DNA of 62,970 nucleotides, counting the filler, from Nemertoderma westbladi (Eukaryota > Animalia > Xenacoelomorpha), in assembly GCA_032718475.1 (NCBI GenBank). It is 3 parts of 3 records of this genome, joined end to end, with 100 filler letters (N's around TTAATTAATTAA, not from the genome) between each part and the next. Parts side by side here need not be neighbours in the genome. Positions count along the whole stretch, not along the records: positions 1 to 19,848 come from JAUCBJ010002478.1; 2 more parts are not named here. One strand, given 5' to 3'. Below are positions 1 to 11,580 of this stretch, piece by piece. Below the pieces are notes generated by a model that was not told the DNA's origin, did not search any database, and saw only the letters and a program-made list of their open reading frames with translations. How positions within the stretch are numbered: the stretch's first letter is position 1; every line of letters starts with the position of its first letter. The position numbers and the translations under genes were made by a program.

Positions 1-2
1 TG

Positions 3-54
3 AGTACTCTGCGTTGATACCACTGCTTAAGCAGTGGTATCAACGCAGAGTACT
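3..54. other. Back-to-back library adapter dimer (SMART / PacBio ultra-low-input amplification adapter); technical artefact
   Basis: 29-54 reads AAGCAGTGGTATCAACGCAGAGTACT and 3-28 is its exact reverse complement. Confidence 0.97.
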
Positions 55-762
55 TTTAGGTTGGGGGAACCGATGGTGTCAATGTTAGTCAAGCTACCAG
101 ATAGGAGGGAAACTGGACGCAATAAAAATTATCGGTAAATCGAAAGAACTCTACCAATCAGTGTGAGCGCTAATCCGTGAGCAGAACAATGAACAGAAAA
201 AAATATAAAATTAGTGACGGAATGGTAATTAATTATTCTCACCATTGGCAAAAGTGCACACCTGATGACGGCATGAATGCATATTCATATCCATCTAATT
301 CTGTTTGAATTGTACAGCGCAAAGATCGCACAACTTGAAATGAAGACTCACAAGTTTGTTTCTGTTTTTAAATGAAGGGCCCTAATATTTGGTCATGCCG
401 TGGAATCAATCTGATTTCAATTGCTGTTAAGCTATTCAACATAATAAAATGTAGAACTGTATAAGGGATCCTATTGAAAGGCACGTCATCGATCATAGTA
501 GCCAAGAGCTCCGAAACTAAAAGCATGGTGTTCAGTAATTAATAATCTAACGGTTTGGAAATCACCTGGAATCACAGGTTTTCTGAAGGTAATTTTATTC
601 TGAGTTCCAGAGTTGATCCTGTGCTGGTATGTGGCAGTGCCTGGGGGGCTCTCGTTACTGAAGCTACCAGATCCATTTATGGCCAATACTCCAGGATACT
701 ACACAGCAATAATTACAAAGAAAAAGAAAACAATGCAATGATAATATCATATTCTCAAAACC

Positions 763-1047
763 CAGCGCCATCTTACAGCGCCATCTTACAGCGCCATCTT
801 ACAGCGCCATCTTACAGCGCCATCTTACAGCGCCATCTTACAGCGCCATCTTACAGCGCCATCTTACAGCGCCATCTTACAGCGCCATCTTACAGCGCCA
901 TCTTACAGCGCCATCTTACAGCGCCATCTTACAGCGCCATCTTACAGCGCCATCTTACAGCGCCATCTTACAGCGCCATCTTACAGCGCCATCTTACAGC
1001 GCCACCTTACAGCGCCATCTTACAGCGCCACCTTACAGCGCCATCTT
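763..1047. repeat. 13-bp tandem repeat (CAGCGCCATCTTA)n, ~22 copies
   Basis: Near-perfect array read directly; explains the repetitive ORF 555-1103. Confidence 0.97.
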
Positions 1048-1203
1048 CCATCTTACATGGTGACTTGCCCACTGCGCTGTTATCTTGGAACATATCAATC
1101 TGAGCATGAACTTGTTCTATATGACAGCCAGCCTTCGGATTATCAGTCTGGCAGTGTATGGATACTGATGTTGGAAACATGATACAGCAAACAGGATATA
1201 AAG

Positions 1204-1266
1204 TGAAAATAACTTAAATGAAAATAACTTAAATGAAAATAACTTAAATGAAAATAACTTAAATGA
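1204..1266. repeat. 15-bp tandem repeat (TGAAAATAACTTAAA)x4
   Basis: Read directly; follows a TATAAA at 1197-1202. Confidence 0.9.
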
Positions 1267-1542
1267 CAGCTCTGGGATCGTTTTACCTAAAATGCCTAAA
1301 ATTACGATTATGTATGATCACGAACGCTCATGATCACGATTACGAACATGATTCATAAACACCCAAACAACCCGATATCATATTTAATTAACGATGTTCG
1401 TTCTCACCCTAAACATTTTTTCAACAAGTTAAAACGGCCTAGAGATTTTTAAAATCAATCCGTACCCTATAGTGACCCGATATTGTTAGACTTTAAATAA
1501 AAATTGTTTTTATTTTGTAGGTTCAATAATAATATCATAAAT

Positions 1543-1809
1543 ATGAAGCGGTCATTGTTTTGTTTCCTGTTGATAACGTTGGTAGCGGCGGTATCCAGCA
1601 TCTGCCAGGACGCTTGCAGCGCCAAATGCGAAAGTAATTGCGACCAATCGGTGAGGAAACTTTGTACGACCTATTGTACCAGCTGCTGTTATCATATCGA
1701 TAACAGTGTTCTACAAATACCTGCATGTGCAAATGCGAAACCATTTCCAAACGTAAATGACTGCGTATCCTACGCACACACGTGTACTGGATGTCATGTA
1801 ATAAATTAA
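1543..1809 (+). CDS. Secreted cysteine-rich peptide precursor, 88 aa (signal peptide + 12-Cys mature peptide); antimicrobial- or toxin-like
   Basis: Splice acceptor ttttattttgtag ends at 1520, ATG at 1543. Hydrophobic signal MKRSLFCFLLITLVAAVSS; 12 Cys in the mature part; AATAAA at 1800-1805 and 1987-1992. Confidence 0.8.
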   Translation: MKRSLFCFLLITLVAAVSSICQDACSAKCESNCDQSVRKLCTTYCTSCCYHIDNSVLQIPACANAKPFPNVNDCVSYAHTCTGCHVIN

Positions 1810-2539
1810 AATTAGACATTATTCATTATAATACCATGCCCTGGAATATAGTGTCTTAATTCGGGGTAAGTCCACTATCCAGCATCACCAACCGTCCCCA
1901 AATTTAGAATTACTTCATTCAATCTCTTGTTAGAAACGTTGGAAATTGTTTTTTTACCTAATTTAATAATAATTTTATGACTGTGAAATAAATAATGAAC
2001 TTTCGAATACTCATATCTAAGCTGGTTCTCTACGAAATTATAATGTCAAATTTGGAACCCTTGGGCTTTCCATTATTCTATGCCACAAAATCACGAAAGG
2101 TATCAAATTGGTAATGGAGGGGCACTTTACTCTAAAGTTTGAGCAAAAGGATGAAAATGAAATTGAAAAAAGCACCTACGCCTACTCGGTAGGCCAAATA
2201 ATATTACATATTTAATTAAGACCTGAATTCTAGGGATGTTGATGAGTTATGACACTACATTCCAGGGAGCCTCATACTGTTACTGTTCTCATATTATAAT
2301 GGTAAAGGGCGCCTCTAATTGTGGTAGGTTTATTAATGGTCGAATAAATTAAATTAAGATGATGAAATCAGTTTAATATCAGTAATATCTATATTAAATA
2401 ATATGTCAAACAATATTATTTTATGTTATTATTTTGATTTGTACTGTTTATGTACCGTTGCGGAAATATTGCGTTACTTCCTGTATTCAGATAACTTATC
2501 TCCATTAGCTAGCCAACTAGTATGCTATTGTTGCAACTT

Positions 2540-3580
2540 CTTCGGCAACATATAATAACATTATTTATACCTTTGTATCAAAAATTATATGACCTTCCAC
2601 TCCATAGTTTGCATAAGTTTGAAGTCTCCTTACTTATATTTGATGTCTTTTATAATTCTCATCACCCTCTAGCTTATCTTCTCCGAAAAACAGCCGCCAT
2701 CCATAACCACAACACCCGTGCGTCCTCCCAGGGTTGTATCCATAACCACAACAACCGTTCGTCCTCCCAGGGTTGTATCCATAACCACAACACCCGTGCG
2801 TCCTCCCAGGGTTGTATCCGCCATCCATAACCACAACACCCGTGCGTCCTCCCAGGGTTGTATCCGCCATCCATAACCACAACACCCGTGCGTCCTCCCA
2901 GGGTTGTATCCATAACCACAACACCCGTGCGTCCTCCCAGGGTTGTATCCATAACCACAACACCCGTGCGTCCTCCCAGGGTTGTATCCATAACCACAAC
3001 ACCCGTGCGTCCTCCCAGGGTTGTATCCGCCATCCATAACCACGACACCCGTGCGTCCTCCCAGGGTTGTATCCGCCATCCATAACCACAACACCCGTGC
3101 GTCCTCCCAGGGTTGTATCCGCCATCCATAACCACAACACCCGTGCGTCCTCCCAGGGTTGTATCCATAACCACAACACCCGTGCGTCCTCCCAGGGTTG
3201 TATCCGCCATCCATAACCACAACACCCGTGCGTCCTCCCAGGGTTGTATCCATAACCACAACACCCGTGCGTCCTCCCAGGGTTGTATCCGCCATCCATA
3301 ACCACAACACCCGTGCGTCCTCCCAGGGTTGTATCCGCCATCCATAACCACAACACCCGTGCGTCCTCCCAGGGTTGTATCCGCCATCCATAACCACAAC
3401 ACCCGTGCGTCCTCCCAGGGTTGTATCCGTTTACCTCAAGAACGTTTAGAAGTTGCACGTCGATCTATTTCTTTTCAGGGTCCCAAAATATGGAATTATC
3501 TTCCAAACCATTTGCGTAGTTTGGGTTCAAAGTCTCTTTTCTACAAATCTTTAAAGAATTATATGCAAAACGAAAAATAA
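2540..3580 (+). mobile_element. CR1/L2-group LINE, 3' end of ORF2, interrupted by a minisatellite
   Basis: Collapsing the repeat gives ...AAIHNHNTRASSQGCIRLPQERLEVARRSISFQGPKIWNYLPNHLRS...FYKSLKNY*, the typical HxTR...GPKxWNxLP C-terminus. Confidence 0.8.
2694..3429. repeat. Minisatellite of mixed 39-bp and 46-bp units [GCCATCC]ATAACCACAACACCCGTGCGTCCTCCCAGGGTTGTATCC
   Basis: About 17 near-identical units read directly. Confidence 0.97.
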
Positions 3581-3944
3581 TTAATTCTTCTGTTTTATTG
3601 TTTCTTATCTTTCATTGTTTGTTTCTGTTACATTTAAAATTAATACTTTATTTACATTACCATTATTGACAAAGTTCTGGCGGATGCTAGAAGGCATACT
3701 CGGAATACCCGCTATGTGGCTGTGCTTTACTTTCACTTTCGGCAACCGCCTGTCTGACTGCCTGACTGTTGTACTGATTATTACTTTATGCTGGTTTTTT
3801 TATCTATTTGCTATATCTCTACTGCAAGAGTATACCATGATTATGGACTGGCGATATACAGATATAGCAATCGGAATTAAAACACGCCATAAGGTAAAGT
3901 CAATTATAACCAAATAATATAATTATTATTACAGGTTTCGCCAG

Positions 3945-4230
3945 TCAAAATATAGTCAGACAAAATATAACCGACAGTCTGACAGCCAAACAGAAAATTC
4001 TAAGTCATCAAATGTTATAACTGAAACTCGAAATGAATTCTGCTACCAGGAAAACCCCTATAGCTAAACATTTAGCTAGATGCTGTTCCTTTTTCTTATT
4101 TTTAACATACAAATAGTCGGATGGTCAGAAAGACCGACAGACAGACAGACTAGATTTCATTAAAAGTTCAAACTGACCTCAGAATTGAAATCAGCAACCA
4201 GGAAAACCCCCACAGCAAAAATCTTCGCAT
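3945..4230 (+). repeat. Dispersed ~120-bp-unit repeat family with (GACA)n core (also 35675-36355, and inverted near 17480-17580)
   Basis: Shared AGACCGACAGACAGACAGACTAGATTT...AACTGAC..CAGAA..GAAATCAGCA...AAAACCCC. Confidence 0.65.
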
Positions 4231-4699
4231 TGTTTTGTTCTTTCATATTGATAGATATATATTGACAGACATTCTCACATATTAACAGACAATTTTTGCG
4301 CGCAAGGTGCAAATTTTAAAGGCAATTATCTCGGAATGGAATTTTTTCATTCCAATTAAACACAAAAATGCTACTCTTCTGCCAATCTTTAATATATTTT
4401 GATGAAATTTGGACATTGTAATCACAAGATTCGTGTCTTCAAAAGTATTGGTCAGAATTGTAAAATTTTGATCCTAACTCATTTTTTGAGAGTTCTGCTG
4501 GTTTGTCCAAAGATGTTATGAAGGGAATTGTTAATTTTGATTCCGAGAAATGTTAATGTTGGGGTTGAAGGTATTAAAGTGCCATCAACATTTATGAATG
4601 TAGGCATAGAGATGATGCGCTGCGACTCTTAGGTGGGTGGAAAGACCACTCTGTTTTACTTGTAGATGTGTCCATTGTCCAAGTCGATATTCCGTAATT

Positions 4700-5300
4700 C
4701 ATTAGTAACTATTTCCACCATCATTTCCAATGTTCTGATCTCAGGTGCAGTAGCAGGATGTCATCAGCACCATAACAAAGGACAAAGGTCCAGTTACAGT
4801 TAAAAGCGATTCCAAATCCTTATGTTTTCAGTTCTAAAAGAACATCACTTAAGTATAGATGGTGAACAGATAAGGAGATAACATGGATACCTGTTTCATT
4901 CCCTTTTTGAGTGGGATTCCTGTAACTTCACAATAATATTATCAAAATTCAGGTAAATTAAAAGGCATGATAAATTGAATGTGGCGAGAATATTAGAAAA
5001 ACAGTTTTGTAAGGACTTTAAGCCACAAGAAATTTAAAAAAAAATGACCACACTCCGACATTTTTTTTTTTATATCTTGTGGCTGACAGTCCTTACACCA
5101 CTGTTTTTTCTAAAATTCAGGTGGATTAGTGTCCTGAGGTAGTAATGAGCTTGCGCCAGGCATACATGGGGGGGGGGGGGGGGGGGTAGGAATGTCTTTC
5201 AGCTTTGTAAAAAGAATTGTGTAGTCTACATTGTGAAATGCAGAAGTAACATCCAGTTGACACAGAAAGGTAGTGAGTGTCTCCTTACTGACGATTGAAT
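4700..5300 (-). pseudogene. Degenerate non-LTR reverse transcriptase fragments
   Basis: LDVTSAFHNVDYTILFTKL (ORF 5110-5322), GMKQVSMLSP near 4875-4905 and ADDILL near 4750-4770 on the minus strand. Confidence 0.55.
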
Positions 5301-7319
5301 TCCAGGATTTCAAGCAGTGCATTTATTGTAATATCTGAACCTAGTTTACGTTGGTACGCAGTTTTCAAATCTGGCACATCGCCGCCGTTAAGTACTCCGA
5401 CAAGGTAACTGACTCATAAACCTTAGCAAGGGGTTCCACTGTTGCTATTGGTCGATAAGAATAATTGGCTAGTAAGCGGTTTTGTGGTTCCAAAGCACTC
5501 TGTAACCTGTCCAAGACGAAAGCAGGAGTTCATCACAGTGGCAAGAGCAGAACTGATTGTCCCAGGATCTGAAGCAACAGGTGCTCAGTAACTAGAGAGG
5601 AAAATCGGGGGCCTTTCCCTTGGCTATGGAACTGATTGCTTGTTGGATCCCACAAGGGGACAATGTCGGCAGTACTTCCACTGATAGTGATTGAGTTCTT
5701 CTAATGTGTCTGATAAGGGAACATTGTTGGTGCTATGGGCACTAATTTGGAAATTCTCCTTTATAATTTCCTTTACCTTAGACGGAGGCGGGGTGGTGTT
5801 CCTAGGATTTATACCTTTCTAAAACCGCCATGGATCCCTATGGTGATTCAAGACTGTCTTGTTCACCGATAACAACATGGTTTCTAGTAAGCCAATTTTT
5901 TTGTGTCACAGTCCTTTCTTTGATGGTTTAAAGGCAGATTTTGTATCAGTATTACCAGGTTTCCCTTCCTTTGTCCACAGAGAATAGACTTGCTTCGTTA
6001 CCCGTTTTTCTACTACTTTCAGTAGTGTTGAACGAATGCGCAGGTTCTTTGTGCATCGTATTTGTTTCAATTGGGATAAAACAGCATTTGCATTTGCTGA
6101 ATCAGCTAGAATCATTTCCAGTTCTCTAGCAAACCTACAAAATATGTTCTCTGTTAATGTTGTCACTTTCAGGGTACAAGTGTATCACTACATCTCACAC
6201 CATATCGTTACTAAAGGGTCTGTTTCAATATTTAATATAGTATCGGATGCACTTTTGATACACATTTGTTATATTTTTTACTTTTTGTTGTACGAAGTAT
6301 GAGTCTTTCCATGACATCGAACGTAGATAAATTTCTGATTACGAATATTGTTTTGAAAAGCTTTTCATAACAAGTTCCTTCCGGTTGTCGAAGATGCGAA
6401 AATAAACCGCTTTTTATTTCAAACCCTGTGCATTTGTTATGATGTCATACGATGTGTTGCATTCGTTACATAGAATTTTCATACATATGGTAGAATAAGA
6501 CCAATTTAAATAATAAATGTCACAATAAAAGTCGAAATTATTTAATCAACGAGATTACTAAAAATTAATTAGCCATAAAATCCAAATTTCTTCATAATTA
6601 TAATTATATTGGATATTTTTATACACACAATCCTTATCCGCGTTTTCATGAAAAAAGTATTATTTACCTGAAGAGCGCATGTATGACACTTCATTTGGTA
6701 ATTTCCAAAGACAGAGATTTGACAAATTAGTTGTGCCACATATGATCTTGTTTTGACATAACGGACCAATAAAATGTAAACCTTGAGGCCTTTTATTTTA
6801 AAACTTACAAAAGATTACCATATTGGTCGTCGTCGTCTAATCTGTATTAAATACGTCTAAGCAGAAATGATTGCAAACCGCTTAATTTATAGTGTCGAGA
6901 CCAAATAGCTTGAGGGTGCACTGCCAGTATCCTTCAATGGTACGGATCTCCCGTCGATGATATTTCTTTCCCCTCCCTGCCTTTGTAATTAACCTTTTCA
7001 ATGGGGGTTATTTCGAAATTCGAATAATCATAGTTTTCATTTTGACAAAAATGTTTCTCTATAATCGTTTGTGGCTTATGATTCATTATGTTACACTTAT
7101 ATTGGAATGGCCTTGGTATAAATGTTTCTGTTGATCCAATTCCTTGTAAGTTACATATTTTACATTTCGCTAAGTATTATTATTATATCTTCGTCATCAC
7201 AGGTAAAGCACTGTTTAATTTCATATTTAGTTTTCAAAATACCCTAATGGAACCAAAGCCCAAATGGACTACATCCTTATCAAAGCCGTATCCTGCGAGG
7301 CATACAGCTCGTTCAAACG

Positions 7320-8404
7320 GTGGAGACATAATCGAACCACAGAATCGTGACTGCAGATGTCAAACTCAGTTTGAGAGCCAGTAAACCCAGGACAAGCAAG
7401 CGAATCAACAGTGACTGGGAGAAACTCAGAACTGACAATGCAGTAAAGGATGCTTACACAGTAGAAGTTCAAAACCGCTTTGAAGCACTTCAGTCAAAGG
7501 ATGAAGACCAGTCTACCGAGTCTTCCCACAGTTATGACATTTGTGGACTTCAAGAAAACATTCGACTCCATCCATAGAGGTAAAATACTTGAAGTCCTAA
7601 GAACTTATGATATACCAGAAATAAATGACACTCATTATATTGGTGCACTGACAGAAGCTCAGGTACTCTAACCAGATGGTGATACTGAGTTCTTCTCAAT
7701 CCTGATTCTATATTTGTTTGTAGATTTTTGGGTGTTTTTGGTGTTTACCTTGACTTCTCAATCCTGGTTGGCATACTTTAAGTTGGCACATTGGCGCCAT
7801 TACTATTCATAATTGTGGCCATCCTCATTATGCAATGCAAGGAAAAGATTTGGGATTCACACTACAAGAACGCAGAAGTAACTACAGTCACAGACACCGA
7901 CTTTGCGGGTGACATCGCCCTGCTCTCTAATACGCTAGCAGATGCACATCTTCTACTGAATAAAGTGAAGAGGGCTGCTAAGGAGGTTGGATTGCATATA
8001 AATGCTACCAAGACCGAATTCATGACCTTTAATGTTGATGGAAACTTGACAACCATTGACAATAATCAACTAATGAAGGTTGACGACTTCCAGTACCTTG
8101 GGTCATGGATAGAGAGCAGCAAATAATACATAGAAGTTAGGAAAGCAAAGGCTTGGGTAGCTCTATCAAAAATGGATACCATCTGGAAATCAGATCTCTC
8201 CAGGCACCTGAATACAAGTTCTTTCGAGCCACAGTGGAAAGTTTATTTTTAAATGGGGGTGAGACCTGAACTCTGATGAAACCAATTTGTAAGGGATACT
8301 GGACTTGAGAGAAACGAAATTGTGACAACTATGGAGAATCGGGAAGCCTGGAAGGATCTCATTTCCACTGACCGAGTTCGCTCGACCTAGTAGTAGTAAT
8401 AGTA
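7320..8404 (+). mobile_element. RTE-clade LINE family A, 5'-truncated with several internal deletions
   Basis: VEVQNRFEAL, FVDFKKTFDSIHR, LAPLLFII, DTDFAGDIALLS, FQYLGSW motifs; ends in a (TAG)n tail; same family as 31686-35035. Confidence 0.9.
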
Positions 8405-8604
8405 TGTATATTATGGTATTATGTAGTGTGACCTTTTCAATCCGATTACTGATTCTTTTTGATAATGCTACTTTGGACAAATTAGGCGTCTAGGCATTCC
8501 TTGTGCCCAATATCGTTTCTTTCTGTGATTCATTATTCAATAATCATGTGTTTTGTCAATATTACCTATTTTGTCATTAAACAATAACTAACTAATGAAT
8601 TAAA

Positions 8605-8835
8605 CGGAAGGTGTCTCGGATAATTCAGTGTGATGGAATAATTTGAATCCTGCGAATTCTACTCACCAATTGTCGGTATCCCAATTGTCCGGGTCCCAAT
8701 TATCCGGGTCCAATAAGAATCCGGATAATTATGGAGCTCGGACAATTCGTAACCATTTTTAAAGTCATAATTTTTGTCCGGGTCCAAATTGTAGAATTCC
8801 GAATAGTCCGTGTCAGAATTGTCCGGATCCCTTAG
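8605..8835. mobile_element. Small MITE-like element with AATTGTCCGGGTCC subterminal repeats
   Basis: Repeated (A)ATTGTCCGG motifs in both orientations; imperfect termini, no clear TSD. Confidence 0.35.
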
Positions 8836-9176
8836 GTTTGTAGTCTTTATTAAATCGTTGTTGGGTTGTTTGGTTAACCCTTTCCGTCCTGTAGCAGAAT
8901 AAAAGTGTCCTGCGAAAGCACTGGGATGTTTGAGCCGATTTTAAATGCGAACAACCCTCTTTAAATTTCTTCAGTATTTCGGCTTCATGCATCTAGAGAT
9001 GTGGGAGACCCAAAAAAACGTCATAGGGCATTCTGTGATTGCGTAATGACATACCAGGTATGTTAAGACATGGCATACCTGGTATGTCATGACAGTGCAT
9101 ATAATTGACATATTTAGTATGTCATGGCAGTGCAGATAATTGACATATTCAGTATGTCATACAGTTCTCGATATTT

Positions 9177-9590
9177 GACAAGAGAAATATAACATAACCG
9201 ATACACAATATATATACATACAGATACACGATATACAATATAACCGATATATATATATATATATTATTTATATATCATTTATAATATATATACATATATA
9301 TTACATATAGACAACAGAAATATAACATAACCGATACACAATATATATACATACAGATACACGATATACAATATAACCGATATCTGTATGTATAATGTAT
9401 ATTACTAGAGAAATATAACATAACCGATACACAATATATATATATACAGATACACGATATACATATATATATATATCGGTTATATTGTATATCGTGTATC
9501 TGTATGTATATATATTGTGTATCGGTTATGTTATATTTATCTTGTAATATACATTATACATACAGATACACATATATATGTATATATCTC
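9177..9590. repeat. AT-rich composite repeat: three direct copies and one inverted copy of a ~70-bp unit with (TA)n
   Basis: AGAAATATAACATAACCGATACACAATATATATACATACAGATACACGATATAC near 9183, 9316 and 9409; reverse complement near 9475-9545. Confidence 0.8.
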
Positions 9591-9646
9591 GAGTTTATAT
9601 TGCACTTCAGTTGAGAATGAAATCTTTTAGTTAGAAAAATCGTCCT

Positions 9647-10483
9647 TCAATTACCAACGCCACCATCAAAACGTTTATGATAAACCTTAAAACAATCCAA
9701 GCATAATCCGGGGAGGTCAGTGCAATCTTCACATTGGTATCTGCTTGCTTTACGTACGCCTTTCTCGTAGCATACCCTACAGCGCTTTTGAGGACGCCTA
9801 GTCTTATCAGTTGGATACGGGGTGGCAATTGGTGATGCAACCCTCCGGTAATCACGAATTTTATTCTTCCTTGCACATGCCATTAGAATAGTCAAACCAA
9901 GAAAGGCTTTCATTTCTAGTTGTGTAACATCTTTGATCTTTCGAACATCAGATCCTCCACTTGTGCTTGGCTGTGGATCATCGGGTTTACTTTCCGTCGC
10001 CTTTATTTTATCATTCGTACATTTACAAAGCAGGTCAACTAAAGAATCTGTTATATATAGGTCCACATAACCACCCAGGTCTACATCGTATGTATCGATT
10101 CCATTCCATCCGCTCGGCGGTAGATTTCCTCCTCTAAACGTATAATTAACGCCGTCGACTTCGTCCTCATTGACTTTGATCTCCTTCCAACCGTCGCTAC
10201 CGGTACCGGTATTATTGCTGTTTATAATTATAAGTCTGAAATTATTCCCTCCAGATATCTCATCGACATCGCTACTCGTACTGTCGCTGTTTCCAACATT
10301 AACTTCGCCTGATTCGCTGTTCTCCGAATCTGAATCTCCGCCATTGTCGGAAACGGAATAGGCCTAATCAGATAAATTTCCAAATTCGCTCAAATCACCA
10401 TCACTCGACACATCATCGTCATCTTCATCAAACCCCAGACGCTTCAGTGGACGTATCTGACGTTTAGGGTAACTCTTATCCAT
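9647..10483 (-). pseudogene. piggyBac transposase remnant (acidic N-terminus + start of core fused to C-terminal Cys-rich domain; DDD core deleted)
   Basis: DVTQLEMKAFLGLTILM joined within ~30 aa to RCRVCYEKG...YQCEDC...LCLDCFKVYH; in-frame stop in the N-terminal part. Confidence 0.85.
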
Positions 10484-10774
10484 GATTATACAGCGAGGTT
10501 GTACATAGCAGTTACTACTACAAGTACAATAGCAGGTACCGGCAGACCGGTACCTACTTAACCTACATCAAACATTGATATACAGTTCCTATAAATTCAA
10601 ATTTCCCGCCTACATATGGTCAACATAGGGCACTGGAGCCATAGAAAACTGTCCTAGGACTGCACTGATATCCTGAGGCGTTAGTAGAATAAAGTACAGA
10701 ATTTGACATACCAAGTATGTCACAGTGCCTTAACGCAAGGCATACCAAATATGCCATAGGACGGAAAGGGTTAA

Positions 10775-11160
10775 GCCTTCATACCAAGAAGAGCATGCAT
10801 AATCCATCGTGTGCCATTGTATTAAAGAAGAACAAAGCAAATTGCGAGAGTCGGTGTTTAAACTATTTTTATTTCTGTATAGAAACCTAAGCCTACTGTT
10901 AACTTTCGAGAAAATATTTTTCACTGTACTTTCTCCTGATAAGCAGTTATCCAATGTGGCGCCTAAATATTTAACTTCCTTTTTATTTTCAATCGTATGT
11001 CCATTAATAGTGACTTCAAACTTAGTTACCTTCTTTAACTTTCTTTTGGAACCAAACAAAATACTTTCAGTCTTACCGTAGTGAATGGATAGCTTATTAT
11101 CAACCAACCACTCATTACAGGATTCTAGAACTGCACTTAACTTTTGGGAAATGTTTAAAA
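10775..11160 (-). mobile_element. CR1-group LINE RT fragment (target of the piggyBac)
   Basis: WLVDNKLSIHYGKTESILFGS...VKYLG...DYACSSWYEGL; the frame is broken exactly at the TTAA. Confidence 0.85.
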
Positions 11161-11504
11161 CCGTAAATTGTTAACAAAAATAAAATTGATAACTAAATTA
11201 TTTGTTATACAATATACCATGTCATGGAATATAATGTCGTTATTCAGGTATTACCCCCACCCCCCAATTTTTCTACAAATCTTAATGAGATTGCATAAAT
11301 ATGAAACAGAGAAAGTTTCACCTACGTCATCCTTAATAGGCTGGCCAAAATTTATATTTACCCTTTCATTCTTTCGCTACAACCGTTTAAAAAAATTCTT
11401 CATATCATTCATATTTCATATTTAGAGTAGGTTGGGAAGCCATGAGGAGGTAAATTGCGGACATACAAGGAATCAGGTTGTATTTCCAGGTCCATCTTCT
11501 ATCT

Positions 11505-11580
11505 GAAACGCTAGCTGAATGGTGAGAGCGTCAGACTTCCAACCCGGAGGTCACCAGTTCGATCCCACATGGACGTGACG
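11505..11580 (+). mobile_element. tRNA-derived SINE head or tRNA pseudogene
   Basis: A-box TAGCTGAATGG (11512-11522) and B-box AGTTCGATCC (11556-11565) at tRNA spacing; acceptor and anticodon stems poorly paired. Confidence 0.5.

Larger units (their letters stand above)
8878..10770 (-). mobile_element. piggyBac DNA transposon, internally deleted (non-autonomous)
   Basis: TTAA TSDs at 8874-8877 and 10771-10774; 13-bp TIR CCCTTTCCGTCCT/AGGACGGAAAGGG; palindromic GACATACC..GTATGTC subterminal repeats at both ends. Confidence 0.93.

Noticed and set aside
555-1103. 182-aa ORF with (APSYSAILQRHLT)n
   Set aside because: Translation of a 13-bp tandem repeat; non-ATG start and no other coding signal
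2634-3458. Long repetitive ORFs in several frames (GCCGYG, TTLGGRTG, QPWEDAR)
   Set aside because: By-products of a stop-poor minisatellite inside a LINE fragment
11505-11580. Functional tRNA gene
   Set aside because: A and B boxes are present but the cloverleaf stems pair poorly; more likely SINE-derived
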